From the NCBI RefSeq assembly GCF_964213995.1, contig NW_027590120.1:1860001-1924000 (forward strand): a stretch of 64,000 bases of DNA, in the 5' to 3' direction. The position numbers were made by a program, and so were the translations under genes. Below are positions 49,940-62,935 of the stretch, piece by piece; the stretch's first letter is position 1; every line of letters starts with the position of its first letter. The notes below the pieces were generated by a model that was not told the DNA's origin, did no database searches, and worked only from the letters and a program-made list of their open reading frames with translations. Origin of the DNA: Mustelus asterias (lineage: Eukaryota).

Positions 49940-50380
49940 GATACTTTCCGGTCACTCGGACCCGGTTGGGAGCAGAAAACGCTGAAGCCCCGCCCACTCG
50001 CTGTTGCGTCACCAAGACACCAGCGCATGCGCTCTGCTCCCTGCTGAATCAAGATGGCGGCTGTTAACCTGAGTCTCGTCTCGAGAAAAAGACCTGAAGC
50101 TGCAAACACGGGACTTGCGGATTACTATTAGAGGTTTGAGACCTTCACCAGATATTTAGAAACCCTCTCCGTCCATCTGCCGGTTCCAATCCTCCCTCCA
50201 TGTCTACGCATCCTTACCGGTTGCTGATGAGACAGAGGAACGTCTCTCCCCATTGCCATCATCCACGCTGCACATGCGCCAAACACGGCCTGACTGCGCA
50301 TGTGCACCTCTCTCCCGTGCTGTGGATAGGGAACATTCCCCACCGCGAGGAATGTTGGGTAAAGCGCACGCCATAGAAAT
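49940..50380. promoter_or_regulatory. NRF1/YY1 promoter module upstream of the 48-49 kb ZNF gene
   Basis: TTCCGG, CCCCGCCC, TGCGTCA, GCGCATGCGC (50023), AAGATGGCGGC (50051). Confidence 0.65.
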
Positions 50381-50478
50381 TCCTCATTTAGGAACGGTGA
50401 GCTTTTTCTGCTGCGATGTGAAAATTAGGGATACGGGTGCAGTCAATAACATTAGGAATCAAATTATACTGTAACCTA

Positions 50479-50805
50479 TGCGGCACAATAGCACAGTGGT
50501 TAGCACTGCTGCTTCACAGCTCCAATGGACCTGGGTTCAAATCCCGGATCGGGTCACTGTCTGTGTGGAGTTTGCACATTCTCCTCGTGTCTGTGTGGGT
50601 TTCTTCCCACAGTCCAAAGATGTGCAGGTTAGGATGATTGGCCATTCTAAAAATTGCCCGTTAGTGTCCTGAGATGCGTAGGTTAGAGGGATTAGCGGGT
50701 AAAATATGTAGGAATATGGGGGTAGGGCCTGGGTAGGATTGTGGTTGGTGCAGACTCGATGGGCTGAATGGCCTCTTTCTGCACTGTAGGGTTTCTATGA
50801 TTTCT
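50479..50805 (+). mobile_element. HE1-type V-SINE
   Basis: Head, partly deleted V-domain and tail. Confidence 0.85.
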
Positions 50806-51642
50806 AAGTACTCAAGGCATTCATTATCCAACAGAAAGTAGGGGAATGGAAATTCTCAACCGAAGTATCTGAAATTGATACATAATGAGGGGGAAGTCGA
50901 ACTGTATCTTTAATGAACATGAACACGCAAAAATGGAACTTGACAACTTTTAAACAGCGCATCTTCTTGACACAGAAATGTCATAATGGGAAATGTGTGT
51001 GATGGATAGAGTGGTTTCTGGGGCACATGGGATTGTAGGATCCATGGCCCCATTAAACAGCAGCTATTGGTCTGTGTTTTATTCGAGGAGCATCAGTGAC
51101 TGCAACATTAATTCTGTTTCTGTCTCCATTGATGCTGTCTAACCTGATGAGTATTTACAACGTTTTCTCTTTTCATTTCAGATTTCCAGCAGCTGCAGTG
51201 TTTCGATTTTGTTTAGTTGAAGGCGTTGCTCATGGAACCGACTCTAGAAACAAACGGACCATTTAAAGCTGTGTTTCAAGTAAGGAAAAAGTAGTTCTGT
51301 CGGGGATTTTCATTAAATTTACATTTAGAAAAATTTCAAATTTTTCAGTGTGTGGGAACGGATTCAGTCGTTCATCCACTCTGCTGAGGCACCAGCAAGT
51401 TCACAACTGGAACATGTACATTACTAGAATTACCAGCAATTGGCTAAACCTCCTTTGACAGCACCTTCCAAAACTACAAACCTCTCCTCCAACATGGATA
51501 AGGGCAGTTTGTGCACAGAAACCCCACTACCTGCATTTACTCTTCAGAATCACGCACTATTCTGACTTGGTAGTTTACTGCTTTGCCTTCGCTATCACTC
51601 GGCCAAAATTCTAAAACTTATTTCCGAGCAACGCAGTACAGT

Positions 51643-51842
51643 GGCACAGGGTGGCACAGTGGTCAGCACTGCTGTCTCACAGCACCAGGGACCCGGGTTC
51701 GATTCCAGCTTTGGGTGACTGTCTGTGTGGAATTTGCACGTTCTCTCTGTGACTGCATGAGTTTCCTTCAGGTGCTCCGGTTTCCTCCCACACCCCAAAG
51801 GTGTACAGGTTAGGTGGATTAGCTATGCTAAATTGCCCCTTA
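51643..51842 (+). mobile_element. V-SINE, 3' truncated
   Basis: Head and V-domain. Confidence 0.8.
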
Positions 51843-52319
51843 AATGCAGGAGGATACAGGTTACCTCAGGATTACAAGTTGTTTTGAGACTTGAGATTGA
51901 AAACGACATTTGGAGGTGAATTTTCCTGCATCCTTTGAGTTGGTGAAGGTTGTGGTTTGGCAGGTTCTGTCAGTTCTTGTCCAGTTGTAGACGTATAAAG
52001 TCCTTACCGTTCATTCCCTCCCTGTTTCATCTCTATCTTTCTCCTCCCATTGAGGCTGAATTCTTGTGTCGATCTGGATGGGTGACAGGTTTCCTGCATT
52101 GAAGGACATTAACAAACCATTTGGGTTTTTAATCACAATCCAGCAGCTTCCGGAGTCACTTCTTCCTTGTGCCGGCTCCACAAATGACCAGATTCATTCA
52201 GCTCAATTTCACAACCTGCCTTTGTGTTCATCACTGTTTTTTCCTCTTTAAATTGCAGCCTCGAGAAATCCGTGAGCCATGTACATATTCAGTGTGAGAG
52301 GTTGCAGCCCCTGAAGGAG

Positions 52320-52650
52320 CTGCTTCTCCACTTTTAGTTATACTTCTGTTCTGCCCCACGCTCCTGTTCGTTGGCTGCCCAGTGTGGAGGAGACTGGGGA
52401 GGGCAGAGGATCTTTTCCTGGACCTGTTCTTGGGGCTGGTTAAAACAGTAATTTGTAGTTCAGCAGAGGGTAACTTGGCTGTGGGCCCCTCTTCTGTGGT
52501 TTCACAGTAACTTCATTACAGTGTTACTGTCAGCCTTCCCTGTGACTAATAAAAATAAACTTTAACTTTCTTGTCCGTGCTCGTGTGGTCCTGGAGAGGG
52601 AGCAGACAGTGTCGACTGGAACACTCAATATCTTCCACAACTCAGGGGAC
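52320..52650 (+). mobile_element. Old Tx1 ORF2 C-terminal fragment with a SINE tail inserted
   Basis: CCCCACGCTCCTG, GACCTGTTCTTGGGGCTGG and CCTGGAGAGGGAGCA..GTGTC align with 24285-24530. Confidence 0.55.
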
Positions 52651-53300
52651 AGAGTGTCTCACAAACACTGGAAACAAAGTTCTGGTTTAGTTCAGATGGA
52701 AGTTCGATTGGTTCACAAGATTTGGGGAAACAAGATTTGAAATAATATTCCGTGGAAACGAGAATTGTTTGTTGTGATTTTCTGTCCTGTGCTGGCAGCG
52801 ATACTGACTCTGTCAATGTCTTTTACAAGGTCCACGAGGACGATGAATTGCAGATGGGAAACTGAAACCAAACATTACATCAAGATCTGACAGAGTCACT
52901 CAATTCATCAGAAACTGAATATCATCGACCTTTAAATGTGGAAGGAGAAATGTTTGTCTATTCTGGCGGTGGGGAACAATTTCAAACATGAGTGTGACTG
53001 GAAAAGCACCGAGACACAGACCTGAGTGAGAGTGAACTGACTGGAAAGAGCTTTGACCAGTTACACAGCCTGAAAAAAACATCACACCATTCACAGCAGA
53101 GAACAATAAGACCATGAGAACTAGGATCAGAATTAGGCCATTGGACTCATCGAGTCTGCTCCTCCATTCAATGAGATCACGGCTGATATGATATGACAAT
53201 CCAATTTTCTGCCTTGTCCCATAACCCTTAATAGCCTTACTTCGAAGCAATACACATGTTGTGTGTGGACAAGGCTTGACCAGACAAGAACACCTGCACC

Positions 53301-54290
53301 ATGGAGAAACCATGGAAATGTGGGGACTGTGGGAAGGGATTCAGTTACCCATCGCTGCTGGAAATGCATCGGTGCAGTCACACTGGGGAGAGACCATTCA
53401 CCTGCTCCATGTGCGGGAAAGGATTCATTCAGTCATCCCACCTGCTGGCCCACCAGCAAGTTCACATTGAAGAGAGGCTTTTTAACCATGCTGACGGTGA
53501 TCCCAACTCTAAAAGCCCTGAGGACCTGGTCACGCACCAATCTATTCACACCGAGAAACAGTTCTGCTGCTCTTACTGTGGGAAGTTATTTAAGCGATCA
53601 CAGAATCTCATTGAACACAAACGCACTCACACTGGGGAAAGGCCGTTCACCTGCTCTGTGTGTGGGAAGGGATTTACACGATCATCCCACCTCGCTACAC
53701 ACCGACTGGTTCACACTGATAACAGACCTTTCAAATGTTCCGAATGTGAGAAGAGTTATAAAACCACAAGTGATCTGCTGATACACTAGCGAGTTCACAA
53801 CAAGGAGAGGCCATTCAGATGTACAGTGTGTGGGAAGGGATTCACTCTGTTATCCAGCCTCCAGAAACATCAGCGAGTTCACACTGGGGAGAGGTCATTC
53901 ACTTGTTCCTTGTGTGGAAAAGGATTCATTTATTTAACCAGCCTCAGATCACACCAACTTGTTCACTCAGATAAGAAACCTTTCAAATGTTCTGAATGTG
54001 AGAAGAGCTTTAAGGCCTCAAGTGTTCTGCTGAGACACCAGCAAGTTCAGACCAGGGAGAGACTGTTCACCTGCTCTGACTGTGGAAAGGGATTCACTCG
54101 CTCATCCAACCTGCGAACACACCAGCACATTCACACCGGGGAGAAACCGTTCACTTGCTCTGAGTGCGGGAAGGGATTTTCTCACTCATCCCACCTGCTG
54201 AGACACCAACACACTCACAATGGAGAGAGACCATTCACCTTCTCTGAGTGTGAGATGGGATTCACTCAGTCAACCCATCTTCTAAATTGA
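53301..54290 (+). pseudogene. C2H2 zinc-finger gene, about 12 finger units, one in-frame TAG at 53787
   Basis: MEKPW start; LLIH*RVH (CAG to TAG) with the frame otherwise continuous to 54290; fingers 3, 9 and 12 degenerate. Confidence 0.8.
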
Positions 54291-54985
54291 CAAGTGTCTG
54301 CAGGGGTTGGATTCTGTTGCTATTGCGGCTGTTAATCACATCCAGGACTGAACCGTGTTCATTCTGACAGTTGGAGTTTGTTTTTGCTGATGTTAGTGAT
54401 CGCTATAACTGGGCTGGAGTTTAATACTCTGGATAAATGTCAACTGAACTAATATTGTTGAAGACACAAAGCCGGCATCTTCATTTCTCCAGGATAAGAA
54501 CAGATTAATCAATGTCTTGTTGCATTTCTGTGGCCTTTTCTCCTTTCTAACTCTATATTATTTCAGTTCTCAGACCTTCAGTTACTCTCCTGGGCAAGTC
54601 CCAGCTCCCCATACTTTCCAGAGCATCTTTCCTGGCATCGGAATCCAGGGAAGGTATCAGTAACACATCCGCGGTCACAAAAGATAAATCACAGTTGTTT
54701 GCACTGATCCACTGTTGCCCCAATCATTGAGGATGGTGATATTTGTGGAGCTTTCTCTCTCTGTGATTTGTTTAATTGTCCCCCACCATTCACGACTGGA
54801 TGTGGGGGGACTGCAGCTTTGATCTGATCCGTTGTTTGTGGGATCGCTTGGCCCTGCCTGGAACATGCTGCTTCTGCTGTTTAGCATGTTTATAGTCTCA
54901 TGTTACAGAGTAACCAGGTTGGAATCTCAGTTTTAGGGTGCCCAGTGCTGCTCCTGACTTGTTCTCCTACACTCCATGTTGAACG

Positions 54986-55340
54986 AGGGGAGGTGATGAC
55001 TGGTGGTATTATTGCTGAACTATTAATCCAGAAACTCAGCTAATGATTTGGGGACCGGGTTTCGAATCCTGCCACATCAGTTGGTGGAATTTGAATTCAA
55101 TAAAAAATCTGGAATTAAGAATTTACTGATGACCATAAAACCATTGTTGATTATCGTAAAAAACCCATCTGGTTCACTAATGCCCTTTAGGGAAGGAAAT
55201 CTGCTATCCTTACCCGGTCTGGCCTACATGTGACTCCCTCTGAAATGGCCTCGCAAGTCACTCAGTTCAAGGGCAACAAGGACTGGGCCATAAATGCTGG
55301 CCATCCAGCAATGCCCATTTCCCACGAATGAATAAAAAAG
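54986..55340 (+). mobile_element. Second tRNA-derived SINE-like repeat
   Basis: TGGTGGTATT..GGTTTCGAATCC head and GAATGAATAAAAAA tail; paralog at 43300. Confidence 0.65.
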
Positions 55341-55424
55341 AATTTCAAGTTGAGGACTCCCAGGATGACTCACTTGCACTGTCCACCTCTGTGCTGCTCC
55401 CTCTACTCAGGTCTGAACTGCTGG

Positions 55425-56582
55425 TAGGACAGCACATTTTGGCAGGAAGAATAAAAGGGAAGCAGATTATCTAAATGGTGAGAGATTGTAGAGCTCTGAG
55501 ATGCAGAGGGATCTGAGTGTTCTGGAGATTGAATAACCTGGGATTGTTCTCCCTGGAAAGATGGAGGCTGAGGCTCGACCTGATAGACGTTTATAAAATT
55601 ATGAGGGGTGTGGATAGGGTGAACAGTTGGGAGCTTTTTTCCAGGGCAGAAATGACAATTACAAGGCGGCACAAGTTCAAGATAAGGGGGAAAGGTTCAG
55701 TGGAGATGTGCGGGGGAAGTCTTTTTACACAGAGGGTGGTGGGGGCCTGGAATGCACTGCCAAGTGAGGTGGTTGAGGCAGATACGTTAGCGACATTTAA
55801 GACTTATCTGGATAGACACATGAACAGGCGGGAATAGTGGGATATAAGTGGTTGGTCTCGCTAGGACAATGTGATCAGCGTTGGCCGAAGGGCCTGTTCC
55901 TGTGCTGTTCTTTGTTTTTTGCATGAATCACAAAAAGCGAGTAAGCAGGTAAAGCAAGTAATTAGGAAAGCTATCATTTGTGAGGGGAATTGATTACATA
56001 AATATGGAGGTTATGCTTCAGTTATCCAGAACACCAGTGAGACCACATCTGGAGTACGGTGTACAGTATTGGTCATCTTGTTTAAGCAAGGATGTAAATA
56101 CATTAGTCTGGTCAATCGACTGCTTCCAATGTCAGAAATGTGTGGATTATGGGTAAAGCTTGGACAGGCTAGGTTTGTGTCTGCTGGAGTTTAGAAGAGT
56201 AAGATAAATTTGATCGAAACATAGAAGATCCTGAAGGTTCTTGACAGGTTGATGTGGAAAGGATGTTTCCTCTTCTGTGAGAATCTAGAGCTCGGGGTCC
56301 CTGTTTAAAAATAAGGGTTCACACATTTAAAACGGAGATGAAGTGAAATATTTTCTTTCAGAGGGTCGTGAACCTCTGGAACGCCTCTGAAAAGGCAGTG
56401 GAAGCAGAATCTTTGAAAATTTTTAAGGCAGATGTCGATAGATTCTTGGCAAGCAAGTGGGTGATAGATTACTGGGGGTAGGCAGGATGCAGATTTAAGG
56501 TTACTATCAGATCAGCCCTGATCTGATTAAATGGTGGAGCAGACTCGAGGGACCAAATAGCCAAATCCTGCTCCTTGTTCCT
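55425..56582 (+). mobile_element. Old CR1 3' region with a younger CR1 3' end (about 55520-55920) nested in it
   Basis: LGLFSLERWRLR.DLIDVYKI plus tail, flanked by decayed QRDLGV and RPHLEY segments. Confidence 0.75.
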
Positions 56583-59500
56583 GTGAGACATTGGCAGTAA
56601 GATATGATTCAAAGTATGACTGTGTCAGCCTGTTGCTTGACTGGACTGTTTGACTGTAGGAACGGTCATGTTAATAGTTTGTAGCTTAGTTATGTGTAAT
56701 GATCAAGTAATTGAAGCTTATTAATCAATTAACCTGATACGATATTCTGCTTAATTATAATACATTCGTATCATGTAACTGGCTTTGTCTGTCGCTGCAT
56801 CCTTATTTGACAAGTGAAATACATCACATGACCCGAGGCCGGTGTAAACCTACACTTTTATACTTTAATTACAGAGTCCTGTGGATCCCATCAAATCTGG
56901 ATGAGCTGAGGTCTGGAACTGTTAACTCCTCAGCCATTGACAACAACAGTTATACTTGAATTAGAGGCCATATTGTGTGAAGAAACCAGCTGTGAAGTTT
57001 CAAACCTTCAGCACCGTCGTAAATTAGTTTAAACTTTTAACTTGTAATATCTTAAAAGAAGCAATCACTTTCCTTCACACTATATAACTATCATTGGTTT
57101 GAAAAATTAAAGGTTTCAGTTTAATTTTCATAGTGCAGTAGTTATTCTGACTCATTAGTTTTGAACATTTATCAATTGAATGTATCATACTGTATTTGTG
57201 TTTCCTGCTATCTCACCTTTTACACACTGATTTGATGCCCACTTTCTTTGGATTTTAGATCTGAAGTAACTTTGTAATTTCTGTATTAGTTTAAGGCTGT
57301 GTGTCACTTTGTGTCCTTTTAATTAACTGTGTTCCAAGCTCTGGCAACCACTACAAAAACCAGCAAGCACTTTCTTTAACCAAAATATACTGATAGTCAC
57401 CTGCCCCAATGAGAACTCTACAGGATTTCTACACATCAATGAGACATTTGAGACAATGAACCCAAATGTTAACCATTAGGATCTGACACCATAAACTTGC
57501 TTTTCTCAATTAAGTGACAAAGAAGATGTCTTTAGGCCTCCATTATCTCAGTACAAAGCCATAAAATTTAATGAAATCACAGAAAAGGCATGTGGGGCAA
57601 ACTCTGAAAGTAACTGACACATTAGAAAACCAGTCGGGAGATTGCAGGAAATGGTCAGTAGATGACCATCACCATTAAGAAACCAATCAGAAACTGATTA
57701 CACACCACCTAAATCAATCAGGGACTGATCATGGTGAACCAGAGTTCAGGAACACCATTGATCGTGCACAGGGGCTGTGTCTAGAAAGGGTTAATAACCA
57801 TCAGCTTGCAGCTGCCCAGTTCACAGCTCAGAGAAGCTGAGCAGGAAGAAGATAGACGACGTCAACAGAACAAGAAACAGCGCCTCAGTCGGCTGGAAGT
57901 TGTGAGCCAGCGTTACAAAGTGAACTGACTGCTTCCACTGCCTTTGTTAAGTTTTGCATTTTGTACTTATGTGATTAACTTAGTAAATTCTGTAAAGCTT
58001 GTAACAAGATTTGCACCCAGTATGGTCCTGTAGCTAGTTGTAAATGAAAGTCCCTTTTAGATCAGCTCTCCCAACTAAACCCAACAATTGTAATTGACTT
58101 TAAGTCTTACATTTAAGTTGAGGTGAACCCACATCTTTCAGAAAATCTCTGCCAACTTTGGCACAAGCCCCCAGCTGTTAGCCAGGAATTCTTTGCAGGA
58201 TTAACTTGGGAACAGTGTGCTTTTATCATTTCTGGAACCTAGGTCAATGCGGGGTGGTCAGTCTGGTTTTATCATTGACTCTTCTGTAGCAATTTGACAC
58301 AACTGAATAGCTTGCTCAGGATAGAGAGCTCTGAATCTAGGATATTGCCTCTGTTCTGCAGACAAGTAACTATACTCTGTCTATTATTGCAGTGCTGTAA
58401 TAAAGTCAGTTAAAGACAATCTGTTGTTGGGAGTTTGATTATCTGATGTATGAAACCACAAGATTCAATATTTAGAGTCAACAAGATGAACAAGGAAACA
58501 CATCAGGGCCCAAAACTACAGCTGGATATTCACAGGAGAAAGTCTGTTACCCAACATCTTGAGTGGACAGAACAGAGAAAGGTCCCAACTGTAAGAAACC
58601 CTCCAAACATTTGTAAATATATTTCAAATGTTGACAGGTCCCAATCCCCAGTTTCCATTAAATTGAAATCAATGAAAGATCTGAGACAGACAGATGGGTT
58701 GAAAGCAGTGCAGGGCCCACATGTACTGAGAAACCAAATCCAGGGACCACTTACACCGAGACACCAAATCCAGGCAGCATTTGCGCTTTGATGTTGATTT
58801 ATCAGGTAGAAGTTGTTTGCAATAAATCCCCAATTTTAAATTAAATCTACAAGATTTAACTATCTGGCCAGAATGAACATTCTAATTGGTAAATTCAAAA
58901 GATTTATTAACCATTAAAAGGTAGAAAGGTAACAAGTTAGAAAGATAAAAAGCAAAGTTTGAATCAACAGTGATTGACAGGAGGAGGAGAAAGCTCATCT
59001 TTAACAATAAAACAGACGTCTCACAACTTTCACGGTTGATCAGGCCAAAGAAGTGAAATGATAATCAGACAAGGTGGATAACATGTTAACAGAATGGTGA
59101 CTCAAACCTTTATTTTTACCCCTTCAACTCACATTTCCTTAACTCAGATTAGCCACAGTATTGAATGATAATTGATTAACTTAATTGTCTGATTGGCCCC
59201 TGACACCTCCGAGCATCTCCTGATGTCTGAGTACAAAGGTCTCCTGAATAAATGAGACAACTTGGGTAAGGTCCCATTTATTCCCCAACTTAATGTAACT
59301 TGTCAAAGCCATAAATGTTTTGTGAGCTCTACCTTATCTTTCTAGATTGGCTGGAAAACATAATTTGACAGTTCTCATGATTTATGACCAGTGTACGTAA
59401 AATCATATTATTTATTATAATAAAACATTACAAACTTGTGTTACAGGTTATTTTTAACACACTCAATGAGTGCCTTATTCGAGTCTTTACGTCGCTTGTT

Positions 59501-59728
59501 GACGTTTTTGTCAACCTCTAGTGGAACCACAGTCGAGGTCCCACCGATCTAAATTGAGGAACGTGAGCTGAGGTCAGCTGATGGTCACAAAGTATGCCGT
59601 CCATAAGTCATCCCAGATCTAACTGGGCCTAATGAGCCAAGTTGTCGGTACCCATTGAACCATGCTCCACCATAACTGGGGGTGGAATTTGGAATATTGC
59701 AAACATGCCAGATTAAGTATATTGAATT

Positions 59729-59933
59729 AAGGGACAATTTCGTGTCACCAATCGGCCAACATACCCGTTTTTGGAATGTGGGAGGAAACCGGAGAACCCG
59801 GAGAAAACCCACGCAACCACAGGGAGAATGTGCAAACTCCCACAGGCATTGACCCAAACCGTGGATACGATTCAGGCCTCTGTATCTGCACAGCACAGCA
59901 AACAGTGGTTGTCACTGAGCTGACGTGTTGCCC
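59729..59933 (-). mobile_element. Diverged V-SINE inside the R2 3'UTR
   Basis: V-domain GGGAGTTTGCACATTCTCCCTGTGGTTGCGTGGGTTTTCTCCGGG. Confidence 0.7.
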
Positions 59934-60108
59934 ATTGGTCACCTGCAGATGTAAAAGGTGCCTTTAATAAACATAAGCATAAACATACAGACAACGAGCC
60001 AAACATACAATGATGGAGTGTTCCATACAAGTCCATATGGCCTCCTGGCAGGCTGCGAGCCCCATGGTCTGACAAGCTCCAAGCTTGTATTGCGGTAGTA
60101 ATCATCTC

Positions 60109-61059
60109 TCACCTGTTATTGAAGATCCCCAACAGCTCCAACGTGAGTGACAGGGTGAGTCTTGAAATTTGTTGGGCGAATGACTGGTATCTCTTTATTC
60201 CCAGGTACGTCATGAGGCTGTTGTTCTTCTCCAGCCATTTTCCCCTGGCGCCAACAACAAATCCAAAGAAACGGGGATCCAGGCATCCAGTCAACTTTTC
60301 AACTTCAGGTCCAAGATGTTGGTACTTCATGCACTTTTCATTCCACGTCTTTTCCAGACTGCCGCAATTGTCCTCAAAACGAACTGTCACATCCACCACT
60401 GCAACCCTTTGATCCTTCTCCCTCTTGAAGATGACGTCTGGCTTCCAGAGGGTACCGTTTTTGCCAATGAGTCTTGGTTCGAGGTAAGATGTCCAGCCGT
60501 ATTTTCCAACATAATTGCGCAGCTGTTCCAAGATCGTATTATGGCGTTTGATCCTGCGGTTCTTTACAAATGGGCAGAAGCCAGAAATATGACCGAGAGT
60601 TTCACATCTTCGACAGGTTTTTGTGGCAAAGGGTTGCCCTCTTGACAGGGTCACCCTCGCGGGATACAGATTACATCTTAACAGGTTATTAATGTAACAA
60701 TGAGATTTAAGTTGGTCCACAGCCTTCATCCAACTGTTTGATATCTTATCATGATTGTAATAGTGTATACCAATGACTTGACAGGTTAGCCGTCTCCATT
60801 TGTCGAATTCCCAATCTCTCCAACCCGCATACTTGTTTTGTGGTTTGCTGGAATCTGCCTCTTCCACACCAATCATTGGTATCGCAGCCCTGATCATATC
60901 CATCTCCTCATTGCTGCTCTCTTCTGGAGTTGGCATGAAGTCCTCGATTTCCCTCAGTGCCTTGAGAGATCTCAGATCTTCGATGTTTTCGCCAACGTTC
61001 TGCTCACAGAACCGGAAGGAAGCCCGAATGACTCGGTCTGACCAGTCTGACAAGTACAT
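60109..61059 (-). pseudogene. R2-type CCHC plus restriction-like endonuclease domain
   Basis: DKISNSW, NLYPARVTLSRG, CRRC-ETLGHISGFC, RIKRHN, EP..KPD..VVDVTVRFE..K..KY, GARGKW; small internal deletion in the CCHC motif. Confidence 0.88.
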
Positions 61060-61468
61060 CTATTGATTAAGTGCTGATTCTTCAATTGTCTCAGAATGAA
61101 GGTTCTTCACTTCACCGATATGAGGATGTTAACCCGAGGGTCCCGTCTGCTCTCTCAGGCAGAGGTGAAAGATCACACGGCTTCTATTTGGAAGGAGAGG
61201 AGGGAGCTCACCCTGCTGAGACCAATATTACCCCATACCCAATCTCACTGAAAACAGGTCACTGCCCCGAACCACATTGCTGTTTGTGGAGGCTGACTGT
61301 ACACAGAGATGTCCTGAGGTTGTGAAAGGTGCTACATGAATGCAAATTCTGTCAACTCCAGCCCAGTTACTGTACTTTGCAGCAACATCATCAACACTTT
61401 CCCAATGTCAGAACGAACAATGTTCAGTCCTGAATCTGATTAACAACAGCAGAATCAGAGCAGAGCCG

Positions 61469-62338
61469 TCATCTGTGAACTCGCTGGTGTTTCACCAGAT
61501 TGGATGATTCGGTAAATCTCTTCCCGCACTCGGAGCAGGTGAACGGCCTCTCCCCAGTGTGAATGCGCTGGTGTGTCAGCAGGTGGGATGATCGTGCGAA
61601 TCCCTTTCCACACTCGGAGCAGGTGAACGGCCTCACCTCAGTGTGAATTTGTTGGTGTGTCAGCAGGTTGGAGGACTGACTGAATCCCTTCCCACACTTG
61701 GAGCAGATGAATGGCTTCTCCCCAGTGTGAATTCGCTGGTGTACAGTGAGATGAGATGATCGCCTGAACCCAGTCCCACAGTGAGAGCACTTGAACGGTC
61801 TCTCCTCAGTGTGAACAAGCTGATGGGACATCAGTTCACCAGAACTTTTAAAGCACTTCCCACACTCTGGACATTGAAAAGGTCTCTTGTCAGTGTGAAC
61901 TCGTTGGTGTGTCTGAAGGTGGGTTGCTGTCCTGAAACTCTTCCCGCACAGTGAGCAGCTGAACATTGTGTACTCGGTGTGAATGAGCTGGTGCTCCCTC
62001 AGTCCGTGTGGGCTTTTAAAGCTCTTCTCACACTTGGAGCATTGAAACTCTCTCTTGTCAGTGTGAACTTGCTGGTGTTTCAGCAGGTGGGATGAGCGAG
62101 TGAATCCGTTTCCACACACCGAGCAGGTGAACGGCCTCTCCCCGGTGTGGAGTCGCTCATGCAGCTGAAGGCAGATGAACTGAGCGAATCTCTTCCCACA
62201 TACGGAACAAATGAACGGCCTCTCCCCGGTGTGTCTGCGTCGATGAATTTCCAGCTCAGATGGGGATCTGAATCCCTTCCCACAGTCCACACATTCCCAT
62301 GGTTTCTCCCTGGTGTGAACGGTGCTTTTTGCTTCCAT
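61469..62338 (-). CDS. C2H2 zinc-finger protein, 10 fingers; frame stays open upstream to the splice acceptor at about 62443
   Basis: [14 protein letters not shown] start; ten intact fingers; in-frame [17 protein letters not shown] leader. Confidence 0.88.
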   Translation of the reverse strand: MEAKSTVHTREKPWECVDCGKGFRSPSELEIHRRRHTGERPFICSVCGKRFAQFICLQLHERLHTGERPFTCSVCGNGFTRSSHLLKHQQVHTDKREFQCSKCEKSFKSPHGLREHQLIHTEYTMFSCSLCGKSFRTATHLQTHQRVHTDKRPFQCPECGKCFKSSGELMSHQLVHTEERPFKCSHCGTGFRRSSHLTVHQRIHTGEKPFICSKCGKGFSQSSNLLTHQQIHTEVRPFTCSECGKGFARSSHLLTHQRIHTGERPFTCSECGKRFTESSNLVKHQRVHR

Positions 62339-62799
62339 GTTCAAAGGCTGATGATTTTCAAGTCCTGATGAATCGAGTGACTCTGTCAGATTTTGATGTG
62401 ATGTTTGGTTTGACTTTCCTGATTGTGAACCTTTCAAATATTCTGTAAAATGAATTTAAGACAGAATCAAGGAAATGTAAAAGAGAACCCAGAAAAACAC
62501 AAAGGCAGGTTGTGAAATTGAGCTAAATTAATCTTGTAATTTGTGGGGCCAGCGCTAGGAAAAAGTGACCCTGAAAACTGCTGGCATCTCATAAAAACCC
62601 AACTGGTTCACTAATGTCCTTGAGGGAAGGGAACCTGCCACCCAGTCGGGGCTTACACAAGACTCTGGCTTCCATGGGAGGAGAGAGAGAGGTGAAGGAG
62701 GGTAAAAAAGATGAACTTCATAGATCTGCAACTGAATTTGAATTTTGAAAGAATCTCCCAAACCCATAACTCCATCCACTGGAAAGACAAGAGCAGCTG

Positions 62800-62935
62800 A
62801 TGCCTGGAAAAACCATCACCTCCAAGACACACACCAGCGAGTTCAGACTGGGGAGAGACCAGACTCCTGCTCCACATGTGAGAAAGATAGAATCGATCAT
62901 CCAATCAGCTGACACACCGGCGAGTTCAGCAGTGA
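62800..62935 (+). pseudogene. ZNF 3' remnant followed by the family 3'UTR
   Basis: HQRVQTGERPDSCSTCEK..LTHRRVQQ*; AATAAA near 63109. Confidence 0.55.

Larger units (their letters stand above)
59451..61060 (-). mobile_element. R2-like (RLE clade) non-LTR retrotransposon, 5' truncated
   Basis: C-terminal ORF plus about 650 bp of putative 3'UTR ending GTGTTAAAAA; 3' boundary inferred. Confidence 0.75.

Noticed and set aside
56600-59445. Possible old LTRs (58810-59030 resembles 35060-35260) and ORF 58450-58791
   Set aside because: Could not fix termini, PBS or target duplication; the ORF has no recognisable motif.
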